From an uncultured Candidatus Saccharibacteria bacterium (lineage in GTDB: Bacteria > Patescibacteriota > Dojkabacteria > SC72), in contig CAZEQZ010000002.1 of assembly GCA_964514595.1 (NCBI GenBank), positions 118,506-182,505 on the forward strand: a stretch of DNA of 64,000 nucleotides, read 5' to 3'. The notes beneath the pieces were generated by a model that was not told where the DNA came from, did not search any database, and saw only the letters and a program-made list of their open reading frames with translations. The position numbers were made by a program, and so were the translations under genes. Positions 40,328 through 49,250 of this stretch are shown here, piece after piece (the stretch's first letter is position 1; every line of letters begins with the position of its first letter).

Positions 40328-41278
40328 TTACCTTTCCCACTCTATCGTACCACACATATTAAAGACATTTTCTTCCTCCTCGTATGGAATTTCTGGCCTC
40401 ATCCTTTCAGGAGTATAAGGAGAATTTTGATTAACTGGTATTTGCCACATTGGCATTTCCTTATCAACCTGTCCCAAAGTATCTAAATCTATCCACTCTA
40501 TTTCATTATTATCCCAAAACTCATGCCACATATCATTCCATCTAGCTTTGTATCCACCTATGTATGTATGTGATACACCAAAGAACTTATCTTGCTTAGT
40601 AGCTCTAACCAGATCCTTTATCATATCATCAGGAGATCCTGCCCTTTCAAAATAGCTATAATCACAAAGACTTCCATATTTAAATTCTATCGTATCTATA
40701 TTTGATACAGATATTATTTTTACATCATACTCTTCAGGTTTGTATACAAATGCTGCCAAATCTGTTGTCCCTCTAGCTGTTATATACTCTATACCTAACT
40801 CTTCTGCCACCTGCACTGTAGTTTCATCAGAGGCCATATATCTAGAACTGATAATTCTGATTTTTGTATCTACGACTGCCTCTATCCTTTCAATAGTATC
40901 ATTAAGTATTTCATACTGTTGTTCATATGGCATACCCCAAAGTGGCTCTTCTACATACGTTGCTACTATTTCCACATTACCTGTATCTAATAATTCCTGA
41001 ATTTGGATAGTATTTTCTTCTACAAAATCTGGAGTTAGCATCATCAATCCTTTTATATCCCTTTGTACCATATCGTTTACCATATTAACTAAACCATCTA
41101 TCTCTTTAAATTCTATTAGTATCATCATAGCTTTAGGTATTTGCTCCTCCTCTATCGTAATTTGGGAACTCTCAGTTACAGGACAGAAGTATTTTTTAAG
41201 AAGAAATATGTCTAGGAGAAGGAATGTTAATACTAATATCAATGGTATTAGTATTAGAATGAGGAGTTTTTTATTCAT
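40328..41278 (-). CDS. Membrane-anchored protein, divergent polysaccharide-deacetylase-like fold
   Basis: N-terminal TM; NodB-like pattern (EQQYE.L......IE, ELGIEY) without clear metal-binding His residues. Confidence 0.5.
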   Translation of the reverse strand: MNKKLLILILIPLILVLTFLLLDIFLLKKYFCPVTESSQITIEEEQIPKAMMILIEFKEIDGLVNMVNDMVQRDIKGLMMLTPDFVEENTIQIQELLDTGNVEIVATYVEEPLWGMPYEQQYEILNDTIERIEAVVDTKIRIISSRYMASDETTVQVAEELGIEYITARGTTDLAAFVYKPEEYDVKIISVSNIDTIEFKYGSLCDYSYFERAGSPDDMIKDLVRATKQDKFFGVSHTYIGGYKARWNDMWHEFWDNNEIEWIDLDTLGQVDKEMPMWQIPVNQNSPYTPERMRPEIPYEEEENVFNMCGTIEWER

Positions 41279-41299
41279 TAGAATAATATATTAAATTAA

Positions 41300-41351
41300 A
41301 TATATTTCAATGTATATTGAAATATATAGTATGGATAGGAAAGGATGTCAA
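41300..41351 (-). promoter_or_regulatory. Promoter with overlapping 12-bp inverted repeat (operator candidate)
   Basis: TTGACA-17 bp-TATATA on the minus strand; ATATATTTCAAT-GTAT-ATTGAAATATAT at 41300-41327. Confidence 0.5.
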
Positions 41352-41358
41352 GAAGAAT

Positions 41359-41435
41359 TGGTCGGGGTGACTCGACTTGAACGAGCGACCTCTTGCACCC
41401 CATGCAAGCGTTCTAGCCATCTGAACTACACCCCG
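41359..41435 (-). tRNA. tRNA-Pro(GGG)
   Basis: Cloverleaf CGGGGTG...CACCCCG-ACCA; anticodon arm CTTGC-ATGGGGT-GCAAG; TTCAAGT T-loop; encoded CCA. Confidence 0.96.
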
Positions 41436-41465
41436 TGGTATGTATTATAACCCAATTCCAATATA

Positions 41466-42005
41466 CTAAGAAAGTTTTCTTTCAATAAATTCATCGTTCT
41501 CACCTAATCTATCAACAATATCCAAAGTAATATTTTTTAAATTCTCTCCATTCTCTGTAAAAGAGACCTTGCCCTCTATTTTATGATCCTTTAAAGTCAT
41601 CCCCAACCAAAACTCATCTGTAACCCACATCTCTGCATATGGGATATCTTCAACCTTAAACCATTTTGGTGTTATCATTTCCTCTCCCCCCTCAGGTTCT
41701 CCTAACCATTCCTTAGTAAAAAAGACACTTACTACTTGAACCCACCGTGGATTGTTATCAAACTTAAAATCAATCTCTGCGACCTTTTCTAAGTCCTGTG
41801 GGAGAACTCTTGATTTCATCTCTTCAAAAACTTCTCTACACGCAGCCTCTTTTATTGTTTCCTTTTTCTTGTCACCAACCTTCCCTCCAAAACCATTCCA
41901 TTTTCCACTCCCAAATCCTCTCCTTTTCATAGCAAGACAAACATCCGAAATTTTATTATCACTATTTCTTCTAATGAAAAACACTAACACTCTTTGATCT
42001 TTCAT
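41466..42005 (-). CDS. NUDIX hydrolase, MTH1/8-oxo-dGTPase-like
   Basis: KRRGFGSGKWNGFGGKV...A.REVFEE and IPY..MW..D..WL motifs. Confidence 0.88.
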   Translation of the reverse strand: MKDQRVLVFFIRRNSDNKISDVCLAMKRRGFGSGKWNGFGGKVGDKKKETIKEAACREVFEEMKSRVLPQDLEKVAEIDFKFDNNPRWVQVVSVFFTKEWLGEPEGGEEMITPKWFKVEDIPYAEMWVTDEFWLGMTLKDHKIEGKVSFTENGENLKNITLDIVDRLGENDEFIERKLS

Positions 42006-42011
42006 ATTTGA

Positions 42012-42593
42012 TTATAACCCAACTTCATCACTAATTTCACTAACAGCATCCAGTGATATCTGTACAAACTCCTCTATAGACAATCCTGTCTTCTCTATGT
42101 CATATATGAGATCCCTTCTTACTGCCTTAGCAAAATCCTTCTTCTTAAATTTTTTAATTACGCTATCTACTCCTACACTAGCTATCTTCTTATCTGGTTG
42201 TACTAATGCACACGCTACTAAGAAACCAGATATGTTTTCTGCTGCTGTTAATGCATAATCTAGTTTAGATTCTCTCTTTTGTGAGATTGTAGGATGCTCT
42301 TCATAGTGGGCTTTGATGGCATTGTACATATCCTCGGGAATATCCTCCCCTATTTTTAGATTCTCCATCTCCAAAATCTTATCAAACTCTACAACATGCC
42401 TATCTGGATCCTTCTTAACATAGTCATAGTCAATATCGTGTAGAAGGCCTGATAATCCCCAAAGCTCTTCTTCCTCATTAAAGTGCTTAGCCAATGCTCT
42501 CATTATTACCTCTGTCTCTCTCATATGCAATCTTAACCACTCTGTAGTAATGTATTTATCTAGAAGTTGTGTTGCTCTTTCTCTAGTTATCAT
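42012..42593 (-). CDS. HD (HDIG) domain phosphohydrolase
   Basis: H....E..MRALA, GLLHDIDY, AH and K.KDFA..V.R motifs. Confidence 0.88.
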   Translation of the reverse strand: MITRERATQLLDKYITTEWLRLHMRETEVIMRALAKHFNEEEELWGLSGLLHDIDYDYVKKDPDRHVVEFDKILEMENLKIGEDIPEDMYNAIKAHYEEHPTISQKRESKLDYALTAAENISGFLVACALVQPDKKIASVGVDSVIKKFKKKDFAKAVRRDLIYDIEKTGLSIEEFVQISLDAVSEISDEVGL

Positions 42594-42990
42594 TCCTTAA
42601 TATTTCATATAATTTATCTTTCAGGTCTTTTGGGCCTAAATACTGTATCGCAATTATACCAAACTGCTGGGCTATCTGGATGTTAATTAAGGCATCATCT
42701 ACAAAAACAATATTAGATGGAACATCTCCCACATTTTCAATTAGTTTCTGAAATGCCTTGGCATCAGGTTTGGGATACTCTCTGTTGTATATAACTTTTT
42801 TGAAATATTTAAGAAAGTTTACTTTCTTATTCATCCTAATGACGAACTCTTCACTTGTATTTGTGAAAAGATACAGAGGAATACCTTGCCTTTTAAGAGA
42901 TGCCAATATTTTAATAACTTCGTTATCTATCTCATTTTTCTCGGGCATGTACAGTAGTTTGTAGTAATCGAAGGCTATACTTTTTGACAT
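42583..42990 (-). CDS. HAD-superfamily hydrolase (cap-less)
   Basis: TN motif II, KPD motif III, FVDD...N motif IV; motif I degenerate (FDYY). Confidence 0.75.
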   Translation of the reverse strand: MSKSIAFDYYKLLYMPEKNEIDNEVIKILASLKRQGIPLYLFTNTSEEFVIRMNKKVNFLKYFKKVIYNREYPKPDAKAFQKLIENVGDVPSNIVFVDDALINIQIAQQFGIIAIQYLGPKDLKDKLYEILRNDN

Positions 42991-43077
42991 CTTGTAGTAT
43001 ATTAAATTTAGAAAAATAATAGACCGTAGTCATTGTAGTGGTAGTAGTTAATGTACAAACCGGACGTAGAGTGTGTA

Positions 43078-44085
43078 TTATCTAATCTCTAGCACAACTT
43101 GATTTGGGCTCAAAGAAGCACTTAATCTATACTCCCTCCTGCCACCTAGATTGCCAAATGTGTATGTACTTTTCTCCCCCTCCCTTTCTGACTTACCAGA
43201 TATTCCCGAGGGAAGATTCATTGTTTTTGCGAAGCTAGCAACCCTATCTATCGAGAGGCTCTCAAAAACTACCACCAATTCATTATCCAAATTGTATGAT
43301 GCAGAAACTGAAGGTATTGGACTTTCTCCATCACCTCCGACACTCCATACTAATTTAAGTAATCCCGATGGTCTTCCGTAGGTATAGGAGATGATAGAAG
43401 CATTTTCACTTGCACCTATTCCAGCTATCTCCTGGTCCATTGTTGTATATTCTTCTAAACCTAAATCTATATCAACTGTACTCTCCCCTGGATACTTAAC
43501 TTTCAGGGTAATTTCCCATTCATCATTCTCATTTTGTTGAGAAGATAGTAAAAAGGGAGTACTTCTTAATACTCCAATATCGTATAGCTCTTGGTCTGCT
43601 TGTGCTGACACATTATGATATATTCTTGTTATCCCGCTCTTGCCTATACTTCTTTCCTGTTGATACCCTATACCCGTACTATCCCTAGATATACCTTGAA
43701 GATCTAGTCTCACTACTCCCATATTTGGTATATATGATGCTATTACATACGGTTCTATTTCTTCATCGTCCTCTGATCTTAGAGTAAATACAAATTCATG
43801 GTATCCATCCTTTGACTCATCTTGTAGACTCACTATACTAAATTGCGCTTCCGATAGTTCGCCTAACGTTTGGGTGTCTGTAGAGAAGTCTGAGAAATCT
43901 GTATCCCCTGTGTACTCATATTCCTGTTCTTCATCCTCTTCTTCTTCCCCTTCCTGCACTACCTCTTCTTCCTCCTCAACAACAGCTTCCTCTTTTGGTC
44001 CTTTTGTTAAGAGATATACACCTCCCCCCACGAGAACCAGAAGAAGTATGATCCAAATTATTTTTTTACTCATACCTTTTTTCAT
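43078..44085 (-). CDS. Membrane-anchored surface protein with two AMIN-like beta domains
   Basis: N-terminal TM, poly-Glu linker, two similar domains, C-terminal YRL....PNQVVLEI. Confidence 0.55.
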   Translation of the reverse strand: MKKGMSKKIIWIILLLVLVGGGVYLLTKGPKEEAVVEEEEEVVQEGEEEEDEEQEYEYTGDTDFSDFSTDTQTLGELSEAQFSIVSLQDESKDGYHEFVFTLRSEDDEEIEPYVIASYIPNMGVVRLDLQGISRDSTGIGYQQERSIGKSGITRIYHNVSAQADQELYDIGVLRSTPFLLSSQQNENDEWEITLKVKYPGESTVDIDLGLEEYTTMDQEIAGIGASENASIISYTYGRPSGLLKLVWSVGGDGESPIPSVSASYNLDNELVVVFESLSIDRVASFAKTMNLPSGISGKSEREGEKSTYTFGNLGGRREYRLSASLSPNQVVLEIR

Positions 44086-44159
44086 TAAATATTATTTATA
44101 TATGTTACCACTTTTTTAATACTGTTTAAAATAGTAAAAAGTTGTGATACTATTGATAT

Positions 44160-45500
44160 ATGCCCAAGACTTTCAAGATGACAGATACAAAGGATGATGT
44201 GGTAGAAAAGAGTGAAGAGATTGTCATACAGGAGGAAAAAGAGATACCTGTTATCAAAGAGGAGCAAGAGAAGGTGGCTATCGACCCTGAAGTTAGCCCA
44301 GTTGTCGAGAAAAGAGAGAAAAAAAGCCTAAAGGATATATTTAAGAATTTTGATTGGAAGAAGTTAATTTTCCCAACTGTAGCAATTCTCACTTTAGCTG
44401 GTATTGGCCTCTTCTACTATTTCGGTATATACAAATTTAAACCTGTCCCTCTTCATCAAGTCCTCACTTTTGATGACATGTTTGTTTCTTCGAGCCCAAG
44501 TTCAAAGATGTTTGCTAAGGATTTAGCCCTTCTTTCAAAACCGGAAGAACCTCGTACCGAGGTGAGTCCATTAAATGGACTTCTGTTTTCTAAGAGTGAG
44601 ATGGACAAGATGATGAAGAGAAGACCAGTGGCCGTCATGGTGAATAATCATGCAGAGGCAAGACCTCAATCTGGTCTTAATACTGCAGATATTGTTATTG
44701 AGGCAAATGCAGAGAGTGGCATTACGAGATATTTAGGCATTTGGTGGAGTAAAGCCCCTGAGAAGGTGGGCCCTATTAGGAGTTTAAGACAATCATATTT
44801 GGAGTGGCTTAGTGAATATGATCCGATTTTAATACATGATGGATGTGCACAAACAGATGATCCTAGAACTAATGCGTGTGGGAATATGTATAGCTACGGT
44901 ATCAAAAGTATTTCCACACTAGGTGCATGGAGAATGAATGATGGAAGAAGGGTAGCACCTCATAATGAGTATAGTTCCGTAGAGAATGCGTGGGTACATG
45001 GGGAGAAGATGAATTGGGATAGTTTTCCTTCAACAATTCAGAGCTTAGAATTTAAGCGTGATGCAGATGTTAAGGATAGAGGGCAAAAGACTGTTGTCAA
45101 AACAATATTTCACACCAGACTCTCCAATGGAGGATTATATGATGCTATGTGGACATATGACAGCTCTACGAATAGCTACTTCAGAAAGATTGGAGGTCAA
45201 GCAGATATGGACCAAGAGACCAACACCCAAGTTACAGCCAAAGTTGTGGTTATACAGGAAGTTAGGACCGTTGGTTCAGGAGATGAGTCTGGGAGATTAA
45301 TTGTTACTACTATTGGAGAGGGAGATGCGGTAATACTGCAGGATGGGAAAATTACAAATGGGAAATGGAAGAAAGAGTCTAGGACCGATAGAACAAAATA
45401 TTATGATACTTCTGGAAACCCCATCAAATTTAACAGGGGAAGAATGTGGATTGCGATGATTCCACATTCTGACGGGAAATTTGATATAATTGAGCAATAA
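44160..45500 (+). CDS. DUF3048 domain protein (YerB-like)
   Basis: RPVAVMVNNH..ARPQSGL..AD, EsGITR, GPIRS.R and APHN motifs. Confidence 0.9.
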   Translation: MPKTFKMTDTKDDVVEKSEEIVIQEEKEIPVIKEEQEKVAIDPEVSPVVEKREKKSLKDIFKNFDWKKLIFPTVAILTLAGIGLFYYFGIYKFKPVPLHQVLTFDDMFVSSSPSSKMFAKDLALLSKPEEPRTEVSPLNGLLFSKSEMDKMMKRRPVAVMVNNHAEARPQSGLNTADIVIEANAESGITRYLGIWWSKAPEKVGPIRSLRQSYLEWLSEYDPILIHDGCAQTDDPRTNACGNMYSYGIKSISTLGAWRMNDGRRVAPHNEYSSVENAWVHGEKMNWDSFPSTIQSLEFKRDADVKDRGQKTVVKTIFHTRLSNGGLYDAMWTYDSSTNSYFRKIGGQADMDQETNTQVTAKVVVIQEVRTVGSGDESGRLIVTTIGEGDAVILQDGKITNGKWKKESRTDRTKYYDTSGNPIKFNRGRMWIAMIPHSDGKFDIIEQ

Positions 45501-45521
45501 TATTAAGCAGGTTGGGGAACT

Positions 45522-46094
45522 ATGCTAAAACAGTTATTCATATCTAAGGTTAGGATTAGTATCCTACACCAATATATGGCGGATCTAAACGCTTCTTTTC
45601 ATGTTAGAGGCTTGGTTAGAGTATTAGATGAGGAGATTAATGCCGTAAGGAGAGAGTTGCTTAATTTAGAGAGCGCTGGAATACTTAAATCCAAGAAGGA
45701 TGGTAATAAGCTTGTATATAGAGTTAACAGAGAGTGTCCCATATTATGGGAATTAAGGTCACTATTTTTCAAAGAGTCCCCTATAGGCCAGAAGATTCAG
45801 GAGGTTGTAAAGGGTATAGATGGTGTACAGGTTGTCGTATTGACCGAGAGCTTTATCACAGGCAAATATGAGCATACAACAGATGTCGACCTTCTGTTTA
45901 TTGGAGATATGAAAGTGAGGGATCTTTCATTGGCAATGAGTCAGGTTGAAAAAGAGTTGGAGAAGCAGATTAGATTTAGTGCTATTAGGAAGGAAGATTT
46001 TGACTTTGCTAGAAAGAAGAAAGAACCCTTCTTGATGAATATTCTAGAAAAAGATAAGATAATAATGTTTGGTCAATTATCTGATTTACTCTAG
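45522..46094 (+). CDS. wHTH protein with a degenerate nucleotidyltransferase-like C-terminal domain
   Basis: LF.SKVR, VRGL.R...EEINAVRREL.NL HTH pattern; DVDLLFIG motif. Confidence 0.7.
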   Translation: MLKQLFISKVRISILHQYMADLNASFHVRGLVRVLDEEINAVRRELLNLESAGILKSKKDGNKLVYRVNRECPILWELRSLFFKESPIGQKIQEVVKGIDGVQVVVLTESFITGKYEHTTDVDLLFIGDMKVRDLSLAMSQVEKELEKQIRFSAIRKEDFDFARKKKEPFLMNILEKDKIIMFGQLSDLL

Positions 46095-46095
46095 A

Positions 46096-47316
46096 ATGAA
46101 ATTAAAGATCAAGTTCAATGTAAAACCATTTCTTAACTATCTATCCGTTATACTTTTAACTTCTCTATTCATATCTGTTGTACTCATTGCTCTACCCCTA
46201 ACAGAGAAGGTTACAGATAGAACCTCCTTTGATTTACTAATCAAAGATAATGACTACTGGTCGACTGAATTCATCCTCAAACTTAATACAAATAATCCCC
46301 AATTAATTGAAAAGAGTAGGGATATACTTTTTACTAGGTTAAAGAAATTCGAAGTTGAAAGAGCAAGAATTTACAATATTGGAGAGGATGAAGATGCAAG
46401 TACACTCCTTAAAGTAGTAATTACATCTACCCAAGATAGAGAGCTTGTTAAAGAACTTATAAGTAATCGCTTTGATGTTCAAATCATGACTAGGAAGGAG
46501 GATGTCGATTTCTTTAGTGATGAGGATCAGTATGCATATCTTTTTGCAACTAACTATGACCCTACAGAATGGACTAGAGAAGATTTTAGGAACATATATA
46601 TTACAGAATTAAAAACATCTACAAATGAGTACTCCAATTTTGCAATATTTAAGCTTTGGCCAAATAGACAGGGCGAATTCACTAAATTTCTAGAAGATCA
46701 TAAGGGAGAGTATATAGGGGTGAGTGTAGATGGGTTTGTCACACCATATCTTGTACCTTTTGATGATTTAAGTATATTTGCAGTCCCAATTACCTCCCAA
46801 GAAGAATTACAGATTAAAGCCATTGACATACTGTATAACTCTGGGGTTGTTCCTGTTAACTATACCTTGGAGGGAGAGGAGGATATTACGGCAGAGATAA
46901 TAAAGCTTGATCATGTGAGGGTAAGTATAGGCCTGGCTATATCAATACTCCTAACCTACATCTATCTCCTTTTAATCAAACAGAGTACATTTGAAACATT
47001 AAGAAAGTCTTTCTTAGCTACAGTATTAACCATTGCTATATACATAACTGCACTGAAGCTTTTACAAATTCCTGTAGATACATTTATACTACCTATTGTT
47101 GGAATTATGGCTTTCCTTTTAATAAAGGTACTTGTGGAAAATGATGACTCGGTTTGGTATATAGAAAGTATATTGTTAGTAGTTCTATTGATCATAAGGT
47201 TACTTGGCACTGGATATATGCCTGTATTAGCGACGCATTTAATAACAGTTGTTATTCTTTCTAAGCTCTGTCTGATTATGTCAGAGTGGTATATACATAA
47301 AGTAAAGGAGATATAG
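46096..47316 (+). CDS. Divergent SecD-like membrane protein
   Basis: TM1, large extracytoplasmic domain (IL..RL...V, F..F...H.G..IG..VDG, L.SG..PV), C-terminal TM bundle; followed by a SecF-like gene. Confidence 0.55.
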   Translation: MKLKIKFNVKPFLNYLSVILLTSLFISVVLIALPLTEKVTDRTSFDLLIKDNDYWSTEFILKLNTNNPQLIEKSRDILFTRLKKFEVERARIYNIGEDEDASTLLKVVITSTQDRELVKELISNRFDVQIMTRKEDVDFFSDEDQYAYLFATNYDPTEWTREDFRNIYITELKTSTNEYSNFAIFKLWPNRQGEFTKFLEDHKGEYIGVSVDGFVTPYLVPFDDLSIFAVPITSQEELQIKAIDILYNSGVVPVNYTLEGEEDITAEIIKLDHVRVSIGLAISILLTYIYLLLIKQSTFETLRKSFLATVLTIAIYITALKLLQIPVDTFILPIVGIMAFLLIKVLVENDDSVWYIESILLVVLLIIRLLGTGYMPVLATHLITVVILSKLCLIMSEWYIHKVKEI

Positions 47317-47318
47317 TT

Positions 47319-47831
47319 ATGGAAATATTTTTAAATCTATGGAACAACTGGAGTAATACTGAAAAGATATATATTCTTGCCCTATTCCTTATCCTTTTTG
47401 TACTAATCCCTTTGATAGTAAGAGTAATTACAAAGAGCAATGAACTTTTCACCTTTACAATGGCCTCCCTTATCTCCTCAGCATTAATTGTATTAACATC
47501 AATATGGTTCTTAAATGTGATTTTTTCTGTAACTATAGAGTACATATTTCTACTTACCCCTATTATTATTCTTTTTGTTAACATATTAAATATAGGAACA
47601 TGTGTGGGATATTACAGATTACATAGTAAGAGTAAGGGTTTTAATTACAGTATGGTTAAGAAAGAATATATTAGAGATTCCATACAGCTATCAATATTCA
47701 TACTTCTATCCTTCTCAGCCCTTTCGGTTTTCCTAACCTCTACTTTCCTAATATTCATACTCCTCACAGGGGCTATATCCTTAGCTGTTGTTTGGATTAA
47801 TTACGCTCTTCTTTACTGGTTAGTTAAGTAA
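47319..47831 (+). CDS. Divergent SecF-like membrane protein (TM region only)
   Basis: About 5 TMs directly downstream of the SecD-like gene; TM spacing resembles the SecF C-terminal half. Confidence 0.4.
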   Translation: MEIFLNLWNNWSNTEKIYILALFLILFVLIPLIVRVITKSNELFTFTMASLISSALIVLTSIWFLNVIFSVTIEYIFLLTPIIILFVNILNIGTCVGYYRLHSKSKGFNYSMVKKEYIRDSIQLSIFILLSFSALSVFLTSTFLIFILLTGAISLAVVWINYALLYWLVK

Positions 47832-47832
47832 G

Positions 47833-48705
47833 ATGGTTGAATATTCCGAGCCTATAATTGTAATAGCTGGCCCTACTGCCTCAGGCAAATCCTCGATAGC
47901 ATTGAAATTAGCAAAGGAAATAAATGGAGTAATTATCAATGCTGACTCCCGACAGGTCTATAAAGAGCTACTCATAGGTACCGCTAGACCAACGGGAAAT
48001 GAAATGGATAATATACCACATCATCTTTATGGACATATTTCAGTTAAGAAAAAATATAATATATATAGATATCAGAAGGATGTTGCAGAGGTATTAAAAT
48101 CTCTCCCCCCTAACCAGACACCTATCCTTGTAGGAGGTACAGGATTGTACATAGATAGCGTTGTTTTCAACTACATACTTAAAGAGAATAATTTTGACTC
48201 TGAAAAAAGACAACATTTAGAAAGTAAGAGTATAGAGGAGCTTCACAAGATTATTCCGAAGGATATCCTAGATACTCTTAATCAAAGTGATAGGAATAAT
48301 AAGAGAAGGTTAGTAAGAGTAATAGAAAAAAATAATACTATTCAAGAGAGAGGACAACAACTCAATCATATATATTTTGTTGTAGATATTCCTCCGACAA
48401 GACTTAAAGAACGAATAGTCCAAAGAGTAGATAAGATGTTTGCCAAAGGGTTGGTGGAAGAGAATACTAAACTGCGCGAAGCAGGTTTAGAAGGGTATCC
48501 TGCCCTTCAAACAATTGGATATCAGGAATTTGATTCCTATTTTAAAAAAGGAAAGAACTTGAAAGAGATTAAAGAGGAAATTATTAATCATACAAATCAG
48601 TATGCCAAAAGACAGAGAACGTGGTTTAGAAGACATAATCACGCTATATGGATAAACACTTACGAAGAGGTACTAGAAAAATCACTAAAACTGATTAGAA
48701 CCTGA
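47833..48705 (+). CDS. miaA: tRNA dimethylallyltransferase
   Basis: GPTASGKS, NADSRQVY, VGGTGLY, IGY.E and YAKRQRTWF motifs. Confidence 0.96.
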   Translation: MVEYSEPIIVIAGPTASGKSSIALKLAKEINGVIINADSRQVYKELLIGTARPTGNEMDNIPHHLYGHISVKKKYNIYRYQKDVAEVLKSLPPNQTPILVGGTGLYIDSVVFNYILKENNFDSEKRQHLESKSIEELHKIIPKDILDTLNQSDRNNKRRLVRVIEKNNTIQERGQQLNHIYFVVDIPPTRLKERIVQRVDKMFAKGLVEENTKLREAGLEGYPALQTIGYQEFDSYFKKGKNLKEIKEEIINHTNQYAKRQRTWFRRHNHAIWINTYEEVLEKSLKLIRT

Positions 48706-49250
48706 TACTCACCCTCTTCACTTTTTACTAACTCCAATCCATTTACTCTAAATCTTATATCCTTAATATTTAGATTTTTGCTAACCACTGTTAAATCTCT
48801 GCATATATTTGCATACTCCTGATCTGTTAATTCTTTGCTAACTCTACCTAACGTTAGATGTGGGAGAAAATTGCCTTCATTCTTAACATTTAAAACACTC
48901 CTTAATTCTAGAAGTAGTTTTCGCATATCATCACCTCCTTCTAGTAGATCTAAATAGATTAATTCTTTGTATCTTCTAGATATCCCTAGCTTAACCGTAT
49001 TAAATCTAATTATGAATCCTTTCAGACTTATATTCTTTAGTTTGTATTTGAGAGTCAATCTTTTGTAAAAGGGATAGCTCTCCCCAAAGTGTATTAATGT
49101 GAGATGGTATGTATTGGGCAAAGACCATCTAACAGGAATCTCAAAACCATCAAATACAGAAGTTACTCCCTCCTTTACTTTGTTGATATTTTCAATTGCA
49201 TCTCTTGGAGGGAAAATACCCAGAAAGAAACTCATTTTTCTACTTGGCAA
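48660..49250 (-). CDS. thpR: RNA 2',3'-cyclic phosphodiesterase (2H family, LigT/ThpR)
   Basis: Two HxT motifs (YHLTL.HFG and PHLTLGR). Confidence 0.85.
   Translation of the reverse strand: MPSRKMSFFLGIFPPRDAIENINKVKEGVTSVFDGFEIPVRWSLPNTYHLTLIHFGESYPFYKRLTLKYKLKNISLKGFIIRFNTVKLGISRRYKELIYLDLLEGGDDMRKLLLELRSVLNVKNEGNFLPHLTLGRVSKELTDQEYANICRDLTVVSKNLNIKDIRFRVNGLELVKSEEGEYQVLISFSDFSSTSS

Noticed and set aside
43920-43995. (TCT/TCC)n low-complexity tracts here and at ~36870-36920
   Set aside because: They encode poly-Glu linkers of membrane-anchored proteins and are not independent repeats.
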